Source: Schizochytrium sp. TIO01 (taxonomy: Eukaryota; Protista; Bigyra: Labyrinthulomycetes). Taken from it: a stretch of DNA of 64,000 nt. Below the pieces are notes generated by a model. It saw only the letters and a list, made by a program, of their open reading frames with translations. It ran no database searches and was not told where the DNA came from. A program made the position numbers and the translations under genes. Where the stretch lies: contig SMSO01000025.1 in NCBI GenBank assembly GCA_004764695.1, positions 2,046,001 to 2,110,000 of the forward strand, given 5' to 3'. This document shows, in pieces, positions 61,901 through 64,000 of the stretch (the stretch's first letter is position 1; the number at the start of each line of letters is the position of its first letter).

Positions 61901-63018
61901 AATTTGCTGGCTGAGTAAGCCAAACCCTGGACTGCCACTAGTTTTGGCGAGGGAGTGTAACTGAGGATCCAAAACAAAGCAATTCGAGTTTATCATGTAG
62001 AAAGGCACAGCATATCTTCTTTGAAAGTTGTACCTGCGTAAGATCCCAATCTCCGTGCAGTTAGTTTCTTTAAATTAAAATAATGATTCTCTTCTTTTTT
62101 AATAGCACATCTACTAATTTGAGATGAATCTCATTCTTACTAACGTCTTTTGATCTAAAGAAAATGTGTTTCGATCGTTTCTTAGTTATAACTGCATCAT
62201 CGTGGGACGGAATGTCTTTTTTATATGATCATTAAACTTGACTAACTTGATTAAGCACCTATATCCTCATCAGATTCAGATTCTTACAATGTAATCGCGG
62301 ATTACGATTCTGATATCTCACCCCCCAAAATATAAATCATCATCATCTTGGGCCAGGGTCAAAAATAGCTTGGTACTTCATATGGGTTTCTCAAACAAGA
62401 TAAGCTCGAGGATTAAGTTGAAATTTTCACCTTACCATATGCACTAACGGCTTGCTTTGAGGTATGCATGCACCTACCCAGAGTCTACCAACAGACGGAG
62501 GAGACTCAATATGAACTTATTGATGCGTCTCCCTTTATATGATCAGGTCCCGTACCTCATTATGTTTGGACGAAGCCCTATCTTTGCTGTATCGAGTAAT
62601 CCCAGATTTGTTTTATTTTAATCGCACATATGTTTCTCAGATCAAGCGAAATTTGTAAAAATAGTTCTCTGAAAATTTGCAAATCTATTTTTTTCTAGAA
62701 TAGCAATATTACAATAGCGCTACTTTTAAACAGTTTGTCTCCTTTATAGATTTCAGGATTGGACTCGTAAATTGTATAAGTCGCAATATATTGCAGTATA
62801 ATCAGTGACATAGCCCTTGATAGGAAAACGCCAAACACTGGTAAAACTCCTAACATTAGCCCAAGAGCAACAATTGCAGTAGCAATGGGACCTACTACCA
62901 ATCCTATCAAAGCCAATGAAAGCAAGAAAGAGCGGTCAAAAATGTTCACGACAGACTTCCACAGAAACATATGGAAATCTTGACGATGTATTATGAATTA
63001 TTATTGTAAACTTTGATG

Positions 63019-64000
63019 TTACAGCCCTTTTAAATGAGCTTGCACATTGATGGGATTAGCCCTTCTTGAACTCGTACGGTAAAAGTGTTCAATAGGTACA
63101 GCAAGATCTCGCATCGATCCCAGTGTCTGTAGAGTAGCACGCACGGCCACACCTTCATCACTAGAGACTGAGATGTTGAAGTCCACAGGAAACGAACCAA
63201 GTGGGTCGCAATGCTCATTTACACACAGTAACGAAGAGCTATGTATTGACATAAAGTTGGCAGGAGCATGCCGGACCACAACCTCCATCGCAAGTTGATT
63301 ATGCTGAACCTCATGTACCTCCATATGAGCAATCGTCGACAACGTATTGACAACAAGAGGCTCGCTAATTGAGTCTTGCAATATCTGACCATCTCCAGTA
63401 AGAACAGCAGCATATATCTTTGTTTCTTGACCCAACTGCAACCTTCCTGGATCGGCATATACATCGTGCAGATGGTTGTCGAACACAAAATAACATTGTG
63501 GTGGAGGATACGAGAAATTTTTGTGTCCATACTGAAGACAGAACTGGGCACACGGGTTTTTGGCAGACCATTCCTCTGGGGATATACCAGGAAGAAGGTC
63601 TACAGCTGTTTCAAGCCTCAGATCTGGGTGAAAGCTTACATTTTGCATCGTTTGTGCTGCTGGCCAGTTGCCAGGATGCAATTCAACTTTTGCTCTTGCA
63701 AAGGTGTTATTTGAGAAAACTTCTCTCTGGTTCTGTTTTATGCTGTCTTTGTCTTGGTCATGTTGTGGGCAATCGGAGGTAAGAGATAGTTCATAAGTTC
63801 TCTCAACTCTGGACCCATAGCCTGGAATTGAACTTTTGGAATAGACCAACCATGGAACAGACTTGTAGGCTACAATGTACTCCTGGATCCACGCTTCTGC
63901 GAGAAACCAATCTACTCCTTGCGGCATACCAAATTTGTGAAATACATTGAGCAAGCGTCTGGCCCCTCGCTTCCGAAGCATATATCCGTGGGTTCCATAA
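63019..64000 (-). CDS. 3' part of a glycosyltransferase family 25-like protein (5' end outside the window)
   Basis: The frame stays open to the window edge. Extending it by hand gives YGTHGYMLRKRGARRLLNVFHKFGMPQGVDWFL, which matches the GT25 pattern T.GY.L...GA..LL......VD.FL. It is followed by about 290 aa of unassigned sequence. Confidence 0.65.
   Translation of the reverse strand, partial: YGTHGYMLRKRGARRLLNVFHKFGMPQGVDWFLAEAWIQEYIVAYKSVPWLVYSKSSIPGYGSRVERTYELSLTSDCPQHDQDKDSIKQNQREVFSNNTFARAKVELHPGNWPAAQTMQNVSFHPDLRLETAVDLLPGISPEEWSAKNPCAQFCLQYGHKNFSYPPPQCYFVFDNHLHDVYADPGRLQLGQETKIYAAVLTGDGQILQDSISEPLVVNTLSTIAHMEVHEVQHNQLAMEVVVRHAPANFMSIHSSSLLCVNEHCDPLGSFPVDFNISVSSDEGVAVRATLQTLGSMRDLAVPIEHFYRTSSRRANPINVQAHLKGL

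Noticed and set aside
62695-62970. 91-aa hydrophobic ORF
   Set aside because: AT-rich sequence about 50 bp after the GT25 stop, probably its 3' UTR. The hydrophobicity follows from T-richness. Not fully excluded.

Overview
Eukaryotic, intron-poor genomic DNA. It is most likely a stramenopile protist such as a thraustochytrid/labyrinthulomycete; this is an inference from the single-exon CDSs, the PGK with a mitochondrial-type presequence, the stand-alone TAZ protein and the dense tetranucleotide microsatellites. The window has two very different halves. Positions 1-31.5 kb are gene-dense: a Cys-rich orphan, a CRAL-TRIO/Sec14 protein, two tandem orphan 7TM receptor-like paralogs plus a decayed third copy, three tandem GNAT(Paa1/AANAT-like)-PhzF fusion genes, a coiled-coil protein, PGK, MutY, and a sphingomyelinase-like EEP protein that has lost its catalytic residues. 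Positions 31.5-63 kb contain only one convincing gene, a stand-alone TAZ zinc-finger protein, followed upstream by about 28 kb of microsatellite-rich non-coding DNA. The 3' end of a GT25 glycosyltransferase gene enters at the right edge. The best candidate for an undescribed system is the GNAT-PhzF triplet. Its first ~930 bp (acetyltransferase plus first PhzF lobe) is nearly identical in all copies, in a patchwork suggesting gene conversion. The second PhzF lobe is diverged and switches the second catalytic residue (Cys/Thr, Cys/Thr, Cys/Cys). The second candidate is the large putative regulatory landscape around the TAZ gene. No rRNA, tRNA, CRISPR array or intact mobile element was recognised. 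All family assignments are by-eye motif recognition; no database searches were run.
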